A stretch of DNA of 64,000 nt from Octopus sinensis (Eukaryota), in assembly GCF_006345805.1 (NCBI RefSeq), contig NC_043005.1, forward strand, positions 29,574,001 to 29,638,000. Direction: 5' to 3'. Numbering within the stretch: the first letter of the stretch is position 1; the number at the start of each line of letters is the position of its first letter. The notes under the pieces were generated by a model. The model did not search any database. It was given only the letters and a program-made list of their open reading frames with translations, and was not told the origin of the DNA. Shown piece by piece: positions 13,430 to 25,993 of the stretch. The position numbers and the translations under genes were made by a program.

Positions 13430-13650
13430 AACCCTTACTACTTTAGACACAAAGCCTGAAATATTGGGGGAGGGGCATAATCAATTTCTTTGACCCAATT
13501 GTTTCACTAGTCCTTATTTTGTCAACTCAAACAGGATGAATGGCAAAGTCGACCTCAGTGGAATTTGAACTCAGAATGTAAAGATGGATAAATGCTGCTC
13601 AGCGTTTTGCATGGCTTTCTAGCAATTCTGCCAGTTCCCTACCTTAGTTT
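13430..13650 (-). mobile_element. Diverged Meta-domain-like SINE
   Basis: GGATGAATGGCAAAGTCGACCTCAGTGGAATTTGAACTCAGAA. Confidence 0.8.
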
Positions 13651-14142
13651 CAAAATTTGGTACAAGGCTGGCAATTTTAGGGGAAGGCACATCTTGATTT
13701 CACCAACCCCAGTACATGACTGCTATTTATTCTATTGATCTCAAATGGATGAAGGACAAAGCTGATCTTGCCAGCATTTTGTCTAGCACAGTAATGAGTC
13801 TGCCAGCTTGTCACCTTAATAATAATAATAATAATAATAATAATGGGCTACAGCAAATATTCTGCTCAGTCCTATAGATTTGCTTGTCAGTTGTTTGAAG
13901 TTAACCAGTTTTAAGGCAGATGATTGACTATGTACAGCTTGTGTTATGAAACATTGTTGATGTGTGTGTGTGTGTGTTTTCACTTGTGTGTTTGTGAGTG
14001 TGTATGTGTGTCTGTCCATTGACCTTTGTTTTCAAGTAAATGTCGGCAGTTATACACACACACACACATATATGCATATATATATATATATATCATCATC
14101 ATCATCATCGTTTAACGTCCGTTCTCCTGTACACTTGGCAAC

Positions 14143-15228
14143 ATGTACACAGAAGAATTCAAAGTAGAGGTTGGGGTCCACCAGGGTTCAGTACTCAGCC
14201 CCCTCCTATTTATCATAGTACTCCAGGCAATTACGGAGGAATTCAAGACAGGCTGTCCCTGGGAGCTCCTCTACGCTGACGACCTTGCTCTTATTGCTGA
14301 GTCACTATCAGAACTGGAGGAGAAGTTCCAGGTGTGGAAGGAGGGTTTAGAATCAAGGGGCCTTAGAGTCAACCTAGCTAAAACCAAAGTACTAATAAGT
14401 AGGAAGGTAGACAATCCACAAATGTCTTCAGGAAGATGGCCCTGCTCAATCTGTAGAAAAGGTGTAGGTAGAAACTCTATAAGATGTACCCAGTGTAAGC
14501 TATGGACACATAAGAGGTGCAGCAATGTCAAAGGTAGGCTAACTGGGAAGATAGTTTCTGTATGTGGCAGATGCTCGGGAGCATTAACCTCCGAAACTCT
14601 GCAGAAAACAACTTCCGTCACTTTCCAGGGGGAAAAACTAGAAGTAGTTGATAGCTTCCGTTATCTAGGTGACCAAGTCAGTAGTGGTGGTGGGTGCGCT
14701 GAAAGTGTAACTGCTAGAATAAGAATAGCCTGGGCAAAGTTTAGGGAGCTCTTACCTCTGCTGGTGACTAAAGGCCTCTCGCTCAGAGTAAAAGGCAGAC
14801 TGTATGATGCGTGTGTACGAACAGCCATGCTACATGGCAGTGAAACATGGGCCGTGACTGCTGAGGACATGCGTAAGCTCGTGAGGAATGAAGCTAGTAT
14901 GCTCCGATGGATGTGTAATGTCAGTGTACATACTCGACAGAGCGTTAGCACTTTGAGAGAAATGTTGTACCTAAGAAGCATCAGTTGTGGTGTGCAAGAG
15001 AGACGATTGCGCTGGTATGGTCATGTGGCGAGAATGGATGAAGATAGGTGTGTGAGAAAGTGCCAATCCCTAGCAGTTGAGGGAACCCGTGGAAGAGGTA
15101 GACCCAGGAAAACCTGGGACGAGGTGGTGAAGCACGACCTTCAAACTTTAAGCCTCACTGAGGAAATGACCAGCGACCGAGACCTTTGGAAATATTCTGT
15201 ACGGGAGAAGACCAGGCAGGACAAGTGA
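14143..15228 (+). CDS. RTE LINE ORF2 fragment: RT domains and C-terminus, open for 361 aa
   Basis: GVHQGSVLSPLLF, LLYADD, FRYLG, RLRWYGHVARM, RGRGRPRKTW motifs. Confidence 0.95.
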   Translation: MYTEEFKVEVGVHQGSVLSPLLFIIVLQAITEEFKTGCPWELLYADDLALIAESLSELEEKFQVWKEGLESRGLRVNLAKTKVLISRKVDNPQMSSGRWPCSICRKGVGRNSIRCTQCKLWTHKRCSNVKGRLTGKIVSVCGRCSGALTSETLQKTTSVTFQGEKLEVVDSFRYLGDQVSSGGGCAESVTARIRIAWAKFRELLPLLVTKGLSLRVKGRLYDACVRTAMLHGSETWAVTAEDMRKLVRNEASMLRWMCNVSVHTRQSVSTLREMLYLRSISCGVQERRLRWYGHVARMDEDRCVRKCQSLAVEGTRGRGRPRKTWDEVVKHDLQTLSLTEEMTSDRDLWKYSVREKTRQDK

Positions 15229-15320
15229 GCCCAGCCCACTTATGAATGCCTTTCCTCCCTTGGACACAAAGACCTGTTGAGGCTAGCGAAGTCGATATAG
15301 AACCTCATCCGACGACAGAC

Positions 15321-15760
15321 ACCCATGCCAACCCCCCATGCTTGCGAAGACATGTTGGGGCAAGCGAAATCAAAATCGAAACCGAATTGAACCAGCCAGG
15401 ATCCCTGGCCTGGTGGTACGTAAAAAGCACTATCCGACTCGTGGCCGTGGCACGTAAAATACTCCAATGCGACCGTACGACAGGCACCCATGCCAACCCC
15501 CTTTGCTTGTGAAGACATGTTGGGGCAAGCGAAATCGAAATCGAATTGAACCAGCCAGGATCCCTGGTCTGGTGGTACGTAAAAAGCACTATCCGACTCG
15601 TGGCCGTGGCACGTAAAATACTCCAATGCGACCGTACGACAGGCACCCATGCCAACCCCGCTTTGCTTGTGAAGACATGTTGGGGCAAGCGAAATCGAAA
15701 TCGAATTGAACCAGCCAGGATCCCTGGTCTGGTGGTACGTAAAAAGCACTATCCGACCCG
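15321..15760 (+). repeat. About 161-165 bp tandem repeat (2.7 copies) in RTE 3'UTR
   Basis: Unit ACCCATGCCAACCCC starts at about 15321, 15486 and 15646. Confidence 0.9.
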
Positions 15761-16139
15761 TGGCCGATGCCAGCACCGCCTCGACTGGCTTCCGTGCCGG
15801 TGGCACATAAAATACACCAATCTGACTGTGGCCGTTGCCAGCCTCGCCTGGCATCTGTGCAGGTGGCACGTAAAAAGCACCCACTACACTCACGGAGTGG
15901 TTGGCGTTAGGAAGGGCATCCAGCTGTAGAAACATTGCCAGATTAGACTGGAGCCTGGTGCAGCCTTCTGGCTTCCCAGAACCCCGGTCGAACCGTCCAA
16001 CCCATATATGCATGCTAATACAAGACCCACATTAGACTCCTCACTTGTGTCATTATTGAACCAAGAGTTTAACTACAGTCTGTCCATAACACTTACTTAG
16101 CATTACCTGACACTCTTTGGGACTTCTAGACACCAATAT

Positions 16140-16164
16140 CACTCATATATATATATATACATAC

Positions 16165-16230
<66 letters not shown>

Positions 16231-16237
16231 ATATATA

Positions 16238-16278
<41 letters not shown>

Positions 16279-16386
16279 TATATAAATATATAAATATATA
16301 AATATAAATGATGATGATATATATACACACACACACACATACATACATACATACATAAATACATACATACATATATATATGTAATA

Positions 16387-16417
<31 letters not shown>

Positions 16418-16500
16418 TGTATGTGTATATGTATGTATGAATGTGTGCATATGTATATATACATATGAATGTATGTGCATGTATTTATATGTAGATATAT
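16140..16500. repeat. (TA)n/(CA)n/(TACA)n microsatellite
   Basis: Direct reading. Confidence 0.95.
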
Positions 16501-17577
16501 CATCATTATCATCATCATCATTTTAACATTCACTTCTCCATTATGGAATTTACTGTGGTGGATTTTCTCTGGTCGTGTACCCTTAATATAATTCACAGGT
16601 AGAAACAATCAGCTTGATAAAGAGTTTGATGAAGCAGTACCTTTTTAATTACAGGTAGACACCACCTGACCTGTTTCTTCTCTGCTGATTCTCTACTGCT
16701 CTCTTCTGCTTCTTTACTCACCTCCTACTGCTTTCCTACTCTTTCTCTACCATTTGGTTTTTTCTCTCTCTAGCTCTTCTCTATTAATATTCCACTCTCA
16801 CTCCTTCTCTTCTCTTTATCTGCTCCCTCTTTACTGATTCTCTGCTGCTTGTTCTTTCTCCTGTTTCTCTTTACTATCTCTTCCGATTATTCTTTTTTCT
16901 CCTACTTTCATGCTCTTCCTCCACTGATTCTCTACTGCCATTCTACTGATTCTACACTGTTTCACTTCAAGCTTATTTATCTGTTCAAGTCATTGCACTG
17001 TTAAATAATCTGCTTTTACTGTGTATTTCTTTACAACCATTAAAAGATAATATCAATACTAGTGAAGTAGCAGATTAAATAGACACAAAATGAAAACAAA
17101 CTGTGGCTTAACTTCTTATATTTTTATATCCATAAAATGACTAGCTTTAGCTGAGAAATGCTTTAATATTCTAAATTTCTTTTTGAGTCATTTTGTGGTT
17201 AACATGAACGCATACAATCAGAAACTTAACAAATTTTATGCTAACTTTGAATTGCAACTGTCAAAAATCTCTTATCTTACAAATATTTAGATTTTTGAAT
17301 AAAATTTTTTCTACATTAAATTTTGGAATTAGATTTGCTATAACATGTGTGGATCCATATTTTCATATCAACCTGTCTCTTTCAAGATCATAAATATAAG
17401 CTGTTGTGACTGGATCAGTTATTTTGCATCTAGTGGAAAGTAATTTCCAGTTAAGAGTAATCTGGTTTCCATTCTTGGTTGCTGCGACTTCAAATCATAT
17501 ATGCTGTTAATCTCTCTTTGAAAATACATTAATGCCACACTTTATAATCAACTCCAGCTAAAACTTTCTCATTTTAA

Positions 17578-17785
17578 CCCTGCAGCATATAAACCAGCCA
17601 TGTCCACCCAAATACTGTTTTATGCTCCAGCTGTCCAGATCCAGCCTCTCGCACTAATCCTACAATGTTGTTCAATAAATAAACGCTAACATCATCAAAA
17701 TCTCAATGCTACAAGATAATGCATAATTAATTTGAAACACTGAGAATAAATAAGCACTTGACAGAATAATCTGAATGCTAAAGGG
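17578..17785. mobile_element. piggyBac-like MITE
   Basis: TTAA|CCCTGCAGCAT ... ATGCTAAAGGG|TTAA. Confidence 0.75.
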
Positions 17786-18378
17786 TTAAACTTACTTCCA
17801 TACTCCCTCGTTAGTTTGGTCATGATGGTTTATTGGGATGGTGCTTAACTGATGTATATCAAACTTAACAACACATTCCAATCTCTGGCCTCTCTCTCTC
17901 TCTCTCTCTCTCTCTCCCCTCAATCTGTTTTTTCTACTACTACTACAGTGGCCAATGTTCCTCAGAACTGGCTGATCTCATGACACCCCTTCATCCGGGC
18001 TCATCTAATTCCCTTATGAATCAGGTTATTTTCTTCTTCCTAATTTTCTTTGAGGTTGGAAGTGATGGACCCTCCGTGTACACTAGCATCCAATCAAAAC
18101 CATTCCTCACTAACACTTTTTTGGAATGGGATGCAGCTCTGTTGAAAATATCTCTGAGGTTTCATCTCTCCTGCTTCTTCTTATTCCCTCTACTGACTTC
18201 TCTGCTTTCATAAAAATATGAAACTGGCAGAATTGTTGACAAAAATGCTCTTTCCATTTTGAGTTCAAATCCGGTTGCCTCTCATCTGTTTCAGGATCAA
18301 CAATGATTGATGGTATTGATTAATCCCTTCTTTTGAAATTGATTGATTCGTGCCGATATTGGAAACATTCCTTTTTAA

Positions 18379-18722
18379 GGTTATCTCTACAAATATTCTA
18401 CGTTTTGTATCCAAGACATCAGATATAAACAATGAGATTGAACGTGAAAAATGTGTACTGTGCATGTATGCCATATTTCATGGGGTTCTACCCCCTCATC
18501 AGCTCCCATTTAACCCATTAATCATCCTCAAACACATTACTTAGCCACAATACATATAGCGGTGTATAGTTACTGGAGATACCAGTTTAACGTATCAAAT
18601 GCATTCCTGAAAGCTGGTACATAAATACCATTTTCATCTTCGATCCCATTATTTGTTTACATCTGGCATAGTAACAAAAACAAGTGCTGGCTCTAATTTA
18701 TAGAATATTTGTAGAGATAACT
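18379..18722. mobile_element. Kolobok-like non-autonomous DNA transposon
   Basis: TTAA|GGTTATCTCTACAAATATTCTA ... TAGAATATTTGTAGAGATAACT|TTAA: 22-bp TIR, RR..YY ends, TTAA TSD. Confidence 0.75.
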
Positions 18723-19039
18723 TTAAGAAATGTAAAAACGCACAGCTAACACAAGAGGACATGGTATTGACTTATAAAACAGTTGAATATATTTTATCGT
18801 ATATTAGGGTTGCATAACAAAATACTGTGTACCTACAAGTCATTAGTATAGTGAAAGCAGTTATTTAATAGGAGGACCAATGAGTTCTTAGTGCTCTCCC
18901 ACTTTACTGACATCAAATTTGCTTAATGTTGAGTTTAAACTTTGGGTGTTGTTGTCTGTAAGATATGAGTAATGAAACTGTTCTAGAGGGGAGGAAGGAT
19001 CAGATAATCTGGCAAAAAGGGGCTTAGTGTCAGGAAAGC

Positions 19040-19740
19040 AATCTGGATGTTGGATACCATCTCCAGTGCCTCGTCTAACTCATGTCATCATGTTGTGTCT
19101 TCTTCTGTTCTCATCTGTTCTGTGCTGTCTGCATTTCTGTTCAGTATCACAACAATCTTTCCTGGTGAGTCAAACTGCTGCAGTCTCCCAAATTGCACTG
19201 TTTTTACTTCTAAAGTGTTTGCACGGTACTGACACTTCACATGCAGCCAAGATTGCACTGAGGATATTTTGAAAAACAGTATTGATGTCCCCTGAATTGT
19301 AAAATTCAAACCAGTTTCGGTGTGGTAACTCCTTACGGTAGCAATTCCAGTCTGTTTTGTTCCAGTCAAAGCGAGTGGTTTGAAGGTGGTGGTGCTTCTT
19401 GTTTCTGCCTATAAGAGACAGAGTGGCAATGGTCATAGCATGATTGGAGTCGCCTAGAGGTTCCTTCATCGTAACACCGATAACAGTTTCAGGAGTGATG
19501 GTTAAGAGCAGGTCCAAGGTATTATTATCTCTTGTGTGGGGAGGTGACTACTTGGGACCAGTTTGCATTCAGTATTACACCAAGGAAATCTCCTGCACTT
19601 TGCAGCCAACAAAAAGTTTTCCATTAAATTTCAGCAATGAAAATATGAGTGGTTGTTATATATATAGAACAACTAGCGCTGTTGGTGTTCTAACACCAGC
19701 TGTGTGGCCAGAATAGACACAGGAAATTGAACCTAGATGC
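19040..19740 (-). pseudogene. CR1/L2-like LINE ORF2 remnant (APE endonuclease end and tether)
   Basis: QVVTSPTRDNNTLDLLLT...PLGDSNHAM...FDWNKTDWNCYRKELPHRNW...DINTVFQNILSAILAACEVSVP. Confidence 0.8.
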
Positions 19741-20947
19741 ATACGCATAAGACAAAGAAAATGTATGGAGTTCCTGGAAGTAGATGCCAAATGGAAAAAA
19801 TATTAAATGTGTAACTAAGAAAAAAAACTCAGAAAAGGGAGATGGGGATTATATAAAAAGTATCGCTATTAAAAGAAATAAAATGACACTCTCTAAGAAA
19901 AAAAGAGAAACTTAAAAGAGGAGATGTTGTGGGGATAATAGTAATAATAGTACACCCCTCCCACGTGACAAGTGGTATGTGCTAGTCATAAATAAGGTGA
20001 TGTCGGTCAGTATAGAAAGAGAGTACAAAGTAGACGGTCAAAGACAGTTGTAGCCTTACTTGTGTAACTAACTATACTGCTAATATAGTTTTTGCAAGGA
20101 AGTGAACATTTGTGAAAAAATCTTTTTTCAAAGTCAAAAATGCCATAAATATTACTCGTTGTGTCCCACCTACTCCTACTGGAAACTGGAAAAACAGACT
20201 TTCAGAAATAGCTGTTTGAGTTTTCCTGTTTCTATCAGGATTTCCCTCAACATTTTTTTTCACACATTGCAAAACAATGAAGAGAAACCGTTTTAAAAGA
20301 AGAAGAATCCATGTCTTTTATATGTTGGTGGCTTTACACCCCTCCTCCCATCAAATGTTTGGAACAGCAATAATTGCAAAAATGATTTCTTTTACGTAAT
20401 TTTCTGTCATGTTATCTGATTCCACATACTGAAACATTTGTAACTCGCATTAAAAGTACAAAAATATTACCCCTTCTTCCCCACTTCTTTGTACTTTTCC
20501 CAATGAAAGAAAATTCAAATACTGCAAGTGGATGTATGGAAAACAAAATTTGAATTTTGAAAAATGTACCTAAAAGTGACATTTTTAGTCATTATTTAAA
20601 CCTTTTCTGCTAATCCATCAAATTCACTTACATGAAATAGATGGGTTTTGAGATTTAAATTTTGTAATTTTCTAAGATTTTACTTCTTGTATATAAGGGG
20701 ACCACCAAACTTGAAGTGCCCCGGGCCCCTCATGGTTTAAACCTGGTCTTGTTCACTGCCATGTAGTTCATAATGTTTTGCTCTTATTGCTGCCTCTTTC
20801 TCCGAGCCAAATCTCATTTCCATAGTTCCAATTTTTTTACCCCTGGCTACATAAGTTTTACTGCTCCAGACTGGACGCAGGCATTTTTCTACTTGCTGCT
20901 GTGTAACCTCTTCTACTTTCCTGTTCTTTGTGCCAATCACTTTGTAT

Positions 20948-21143
20948 ATAATCATCCTCAAATTTCGTCTGCCATTATGTTCTAAGTTCAAATTCCGTCG
21001 AGGTCGACTTTGCCTTTCATCCTTTCGGGGTCGATTAAATAAGTTCCAATTACACACTGGGGTCGATGTAATCGACTTAATCTGTTTGTCTGTCCTTGTT
21101 TGTCCTCTCTGTGTTTAGCCCCTTGTGGGTAGTAAAGAAATAG
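20948..21143 (+). mobile_element. Meta-domain-like SINE, 5'-truncated
   Basis: GTTCAAATTCCGTCGAGGTCGACTTTGCCTTTCATCCTTTCGGGGTCG. Confidence 0.85.
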
Positions 21144-21401
21144 GTGTGGTACACTCGGAAATTTCATTCCCCCCACCTCCTGCAATCATTGGAAAATACT
21201 TTTTTTGTTGTTGAATGAATTACGGTGACCTCCTAATATGCCACAAAACACATTTTTGTCTGGAAAATGGGTTGCGGGATTAACCCCTAGGAAATTTCAC
21301 CCCCTCTCTTTCATAGAAGGCTCTTTCTTTCTTACTTTATCCATAGTCTCTCATCACTCTTTCTCTGTCTTTCCCTCTCTCTCTCTTTCTGTTTCTCTTT
21401 C

Positions 21402-21600
21402 ACAAGGACAGCAATTTTGGGGGAGGAGAGGAGTCGATTAGATCGACCCCAGTGCATAACTGGTACTTATTTTATCGATCCTGAAAGGATGAAAGGCGAA
21501 GTTGATCCTGGTGGAATTTGAATTGAGAGCGTAAAGATGGATGAAAAGCCATTAAGTATTTTGACTGGCATGCTAACGATTCTGCCTGCTCACTGCCTCA
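21402..21600 (-). mobile_element. Meta-domain-like SINE, diverged
   Basis: rc similarity to 4070-4302. Confidence 0.8.
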
Positions 21601-22379
21601 ATAATAAGAAACAATCGATGGACTCTCCCATCGAAGACAACATATGAGAGTTCAGTTTTTGTTGAACAACCTGCACAAATGAATTACCTATAGCGATCAA
21701 ATGAATGAGCTGTGTATTAGCTTACTTCCTCCATCTTATTGATATTACCTGTACAGGTGCACAAGTGTACCACACGTCAGGTGTCGAAAATGATTGTAGA
21801 ACAACATAAAATAAAGTGCTTTGCTCAAGAACACAATGTGCTGCTGGGTATAGGAATTGAACCCATGATATAGCGATTGTGAGTGCAATACCCAAACCAC
21901 TTGGCCATGCACATTCCCCAAATGATTACCACCCTCGTAATCATTTTCCTTTCTTTCTTTTTTTCACATGATTTTATTTGATTTTGTAAATGAACCATCT
22001 GGTGTGTTTATTTCCATGGCCTATCAATGTCTACAGTGATAAGTCATTAAAATAGGTGTCGGGAAGACACTCAGCAAGAAATGGAAACAAAATTGAAAGA
22101 AGAAAAAGAAAAGATAATAATTCTTTCTTTATTGACCTCAAGGTCCATGCACAAAACAAACCCCAACCCTAACCCAAAGGACGATATAACACAAAGGACC
22201 CTGGGCATTTACAACTAGTGCATTTATACATAAAGCATGTGTGAGTGCTGAATGTAGGGTTTGAGTGTATATAATGCATGTCTATTGTATATAGTTTATG
22301 AATGTTGTATTGTATATAGTGTATGTATATATCATTTGTGTTTATTGAATATAGTATGTATATACTGTGCATGTGTATG

Positions 22380-22408
<29 letters not shown>

Positions 22409-22410
<2 letters not shown>

Positions 22411-23377
22411 GCGTAAGCTCGCTAGAAATGAAGCCAGTATGCTCCGATGGATGTGTAATGCCGGTACTCACACTCGGCAGAGTGTAAGTACCTTGAGAGA
22501 AAAGCTGGACCTAAGAAGCATCAGTTGTGGTGTGCAAGAGAGACGTTTGCGCTGGTATGGTCATGTGGCGAGAATGGATGAAGATAGTTGTGTGAAAAAG
22601 TGCCACACCCTAGCGGTTGAGGGAACCTGTGGAAGAGGCAGACCCAGGAAAACCTGGGACGAGGTGGTGAAGCACGACCTTCGAACTTTAGGTCTCACTG
22701 AGGAAATGACTAGAGACCGAGACCTCTGGAAGGTGCTGTGCGCGAGAAGACCCGGCAGGACAAGTGAGTCACAAACCGTGGCCTTCTACATGGGATGGAG
22801 CCAGCCTACGTATGCATACCTTCCTTCTTGGGACACAAAACTCTACTTGTGAAGACGTGTTGAGGCAAGTGAGGATCAGAATCGAAATCGATCAATGGAA
22901 ATTGCGGATGTGCTACCAGTGCCGGTGGCATGTCGAAACTCTGCTTGTGAAGACCCATTGAGGCAAGTGAGGATCAGAATCGAAATCGATCAATGGAAAT
23001 CGATCAATGGAAATTGCAGATGTGTTACCAGTGCCGGTGGCATGTAAGAGAAACTTTCCGTTTCGCGACCGTTGCCAGCACCGCCCCGTTTCGTGTCCGT
23101 TGCCAGCCTCGCCTGGCCCTCGTGCCGGTGGCACATAAAAAGCACCATCCGTTCGTGGCCGTTTGCCAGCTCTGTCTGGCACCAGTGCGGGTGGCACGTA
23201 AAAAGCACCCACTACACTCACGGAGTGGTTGGCGTTAGGAAGGGCATCCAGCCGTAGAAACACTGCCAGATTTGACTGGGCCTGATGAAGCCTTCTGGCT
23301 TCACAGACCCCAGTAGAACCGTCCAACCCATGCTAGCATGGAAAACGGACGCTAAATGATGATGATGATGATGATGA
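22409..23377 (+). mobile_element. RTE LINE 3' fragment, second subfamily, with repeat-containing 3'UTR and (GAT)n tail
   Basis: MRKLARNEASMLRWMC...RGRGRPRKTWDEVVKHDL; tail GGAAAACGGACGCTAAATGATGATG; (TA)n on both sides. Confidence 0.92.
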
Positions 23378-23439
23378 TATATATATATATGTATATATAT
23401 ATATATTGGAGTAATGGTGCTAAGCAGTGTTTACGTATA

Positions 23440-23628
23440 ATCACAATTTAGGTTAGTTGAATTATGTGTCACATATTTCAGCTGCTAAAGGCAAATACAC
23501 TGCATTTATCGTGGAGAAAAAAATCTCTCTTTTTACCATAAGAGAGAATTTTTTCTCCACGGTAACTGCAGTGTATTTGCCTCTAGCAGTTGAAATGTGT
23601 GACAAACATATTTCAACTAACCTAAATT

Positions 23629-23633
<5 letters not shown>
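23440..23633. mobile_element. 194-bp near-spacerless hairpin MITE
   Basis: ATCACAATTTAGGTTAGTTGAA ... TTCAACTAACCTAAATTGTGAT with paired interior (GGCAAATACACTGCA / TGCAGTGTATTTGCC). Confidence 0.88.
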
Positions 23634-23668
<35 letters not shown>

Positions 23669-23699
23669 AATTTACATTAGTATATATATATATATATAT

Positions 23700-23888
23700 C
23701 AGTCGCCATGATTGACCTCTAGCTCCAAAAGTTTTTTTATTCTCTCACTGTTTATTTTCTCATGCTCCTTTCTGTTGAAGAGCGTAGGCTCAAAATGTAA
23801 AAAACTTTCTCACCTTCCCGAGAGTCAAACTAATACACCTGCTTGTTGTTTATACACTTGTCTTCGTCTTGTTTTCCTGTAAATTTTA
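23700..23888 (+). mobile_element. Repeat family B (Penelope-like terminal repeat candidate) with hammerhead-like motif
   Basis: CTTT-CTGTTGA-AGAGCGTAGGCTC-AAAATGT-A-AAAA at 23767-23803; second copy at 28490-28668. Confidence 0.6.
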
Positions 23889-23898
23889 ACTATACACA

Positions 23899-23976
<78 letters not shown>

Positions 23977-23999
23977 CAACAGTAATATGGTGGTGTAAT

Positions 24000-24404
24000 A
24001 ACACTCTTTACTCTTTTACCTGTTTCTGTCATGTGACTGTGGCCATGCTGGAGCACCGCCTTTAGTCGAGCAAATTGACCCCAGGACTTATTCTTTGTAA
24101 GCCTTGTACTTATTCTATCGGTCTCTTTTGCCAAACCGCTAGATTACGGGGACATAAACACACCAGCATCTGTTGTTAAGCGATGTTGAGGGGACAAACA
24201 CAGACACACAAACAAATGTATATATACATATACATACATACGATGGGCTTCTTTCAGTTTCCATCTACCAAATCCACTCACAAGGCTTTGGTCGGCCCAC
24301 GGCTATAGTAGAAGACTCTTGCCGAAGGTGCCACGCAGTGGGACTGAACCCAGAACCATGTGGTTGGGAAGCCAGCTACTTACCACACAGCCACTCCTGC
24401 ACCT
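24000..24404 (-). mobile_element. Full-length CORE-type SINE
   Basis: rc of 38062-38479. Confidence 0.9.
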
Positions 24405-24609
24405 ATATTCAATTCCTTTTCATTTTATATAATGTAGGGAAGTTAAGGTTTTATATATATATGTCGTCTATAGTATGTGTATGTTACTGTATACAGTAAT
24501 TGTGTGTGTTTGTACATTGTACACAAGATGTGTATAGTAAGTGCATAGTGTATAGCACATGTGTACATGTGTGATGTATACATACATGTATATATATATA
24601 TATATATCA

Positions 24610-24810
24610 TTTGTACTTCTGCTGCTACCGTAGCAACCACAATAATCACCATAACACCAACAATTGTAACAACACCAGCAACAGCAGCTGGAACAGTAAA
24701 CACAACTACCACTATCACCACCACCACAACAACAACAAAAACCATGACAACCACCACCACCACCACCTGAACAACCACCCCAGCTACAACACAACACCAA
24801 ATATCACAAC
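24610..24810. repeat. (ACC/ACA/AAC) cryptic trinucleotide repeat
   Basis: Direct reading. Confidence 0.8.
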
Positions 24811-25030
24811 ATAGCTGATAATTTGATTATTTCCCAAACACATTTCTCTCTCTCTGTCCTTAACAAGAGAACATTTCAAGATTACTAATTAGATATTAGC
24901 ATATTATATTTATCTATGTGTCACTGGCAGATAATATTACATCCATCTACACACACACACACACACATGCATGCACACACATACACATGTGCACACACAC
25001 ACACACACACACCTACAGATTTATGAATGC

Positions 25031-25071
<41 letters not shown>

Positions 25072-25355
25072 GAGAGAGAGAAAGAGATATGTGTATAAGT
25101 GCACAATGAATGTAAACAAAACATTACCTTTCATAAGAAGGGCACCATTCGTTTGGAATCCTCTGTGAAAGAATGTCCAGTGCTTGTTGTTAAACAAGGG
25201 AAAGTATTGCCTTATTTGGAAATGGGGGTGGGGTGGATAAGAAGATGCTCCAGACTAAGAAAAGTCTGCTTCAAAACATAGAAAATTGATGATCACATAT
25301 ACCTACCTACCTACCTACATACATACATACATACATACATACATACATACATACA

Positions 25356-25391
<36 letters not shown>

Positions 25392-25429
25392 CACCACATA
25401 TCTATATCTATATACACACCATATATTTT

Positions 25430-25469
<40 letters not shown>

Positions 25470-25574
25470 ATATATATATATACATGTATGTATATATATA
25501 TGTATACACACACACGTATATATATATTGTGTGATCTCATAGTTAATGCAGTGTTTTCAATTGCATGAACTAAA

Positions 25575-25993
25575 AGTCGGCAACTAAAAGCATCAACTTG
25601 CTATAAAAACAGGTAGTAATTTTACCTTGTACTTATTCTTAGTGCAAGTTTTAAAGAGTGCAGTTCGATTTTAACAGTTATTTTTTCAAAGCTATAATGG
25701 AAGTGACAAAGGAGCTTATTCAGCATATTTTGCTTTATGAGTTCAATAAAGACAACAATGCAATGGAAAGTGTGAGGAATATTAATGAAGTATATGGGTA
25801 TTAGATTATAAGCATAAGTCAGTGTCCACGGTGGTTTCAAAAATTCTGAGCTGGAAATTACAGCCTAGAAGATGAGCCTCATCCTGGAAGATCTGTAGAG
25901 CTCAATGAGGATGTCCTACAAATCCTGGTGGAACAAAATCACATCGTAATTGTTGAGGAACTAGCAGAGAAGCTTGGATTTGGTCATTCAACC
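25575..25993 (+). pseudogene. mariner transposase N-terminal (HTH) remnant
   Basis: From 25697: MEVTKELIQHILLYEFNKDNNAMESVRNINEVYG...QCPRWFQKF*AGNYSLEDEPHPGRSVELNEDVLQILVEQN..IVEELAEKLGFGHST. Confidence 0.88.

Larger units (their letters stand above)
14092..16005 (+). mobile_element. Young RTE-clade LINE, 5'-truncated; body on + strand, its 3' tail inverted at the left end
   Basis: RT ORF plus 3'UTR 14135-16005; (CAT)nCGTTTAACGTCCGTTCTCC at 14092-14127 is the rc of the RTE terminus. Confidence 0.93.

Noticed and set aside
15321-15760. CRISPR-like array
   Set aside because: Whole units repeat with no unique spacers; eukaryotic LINE UTR
15240-16013. 257-aa and 254-aa (45476-46240) antisense ORFs
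   Set aside because: Reverse frames of the GC-rich RTE 3'UTR tandem repeat; repetitive peptide with no recognisable domain
17100-17500. Possible NUMT or exon (FEVAATKNG...DLERDR)
   Set aside because: Stops remain under the invertebrate mitochondrial code; no recognisable protein; weak donor
20072-20272. 66-aa minus-strand ORF
   Set aside because: Not recognised and no convincing splice-site pair
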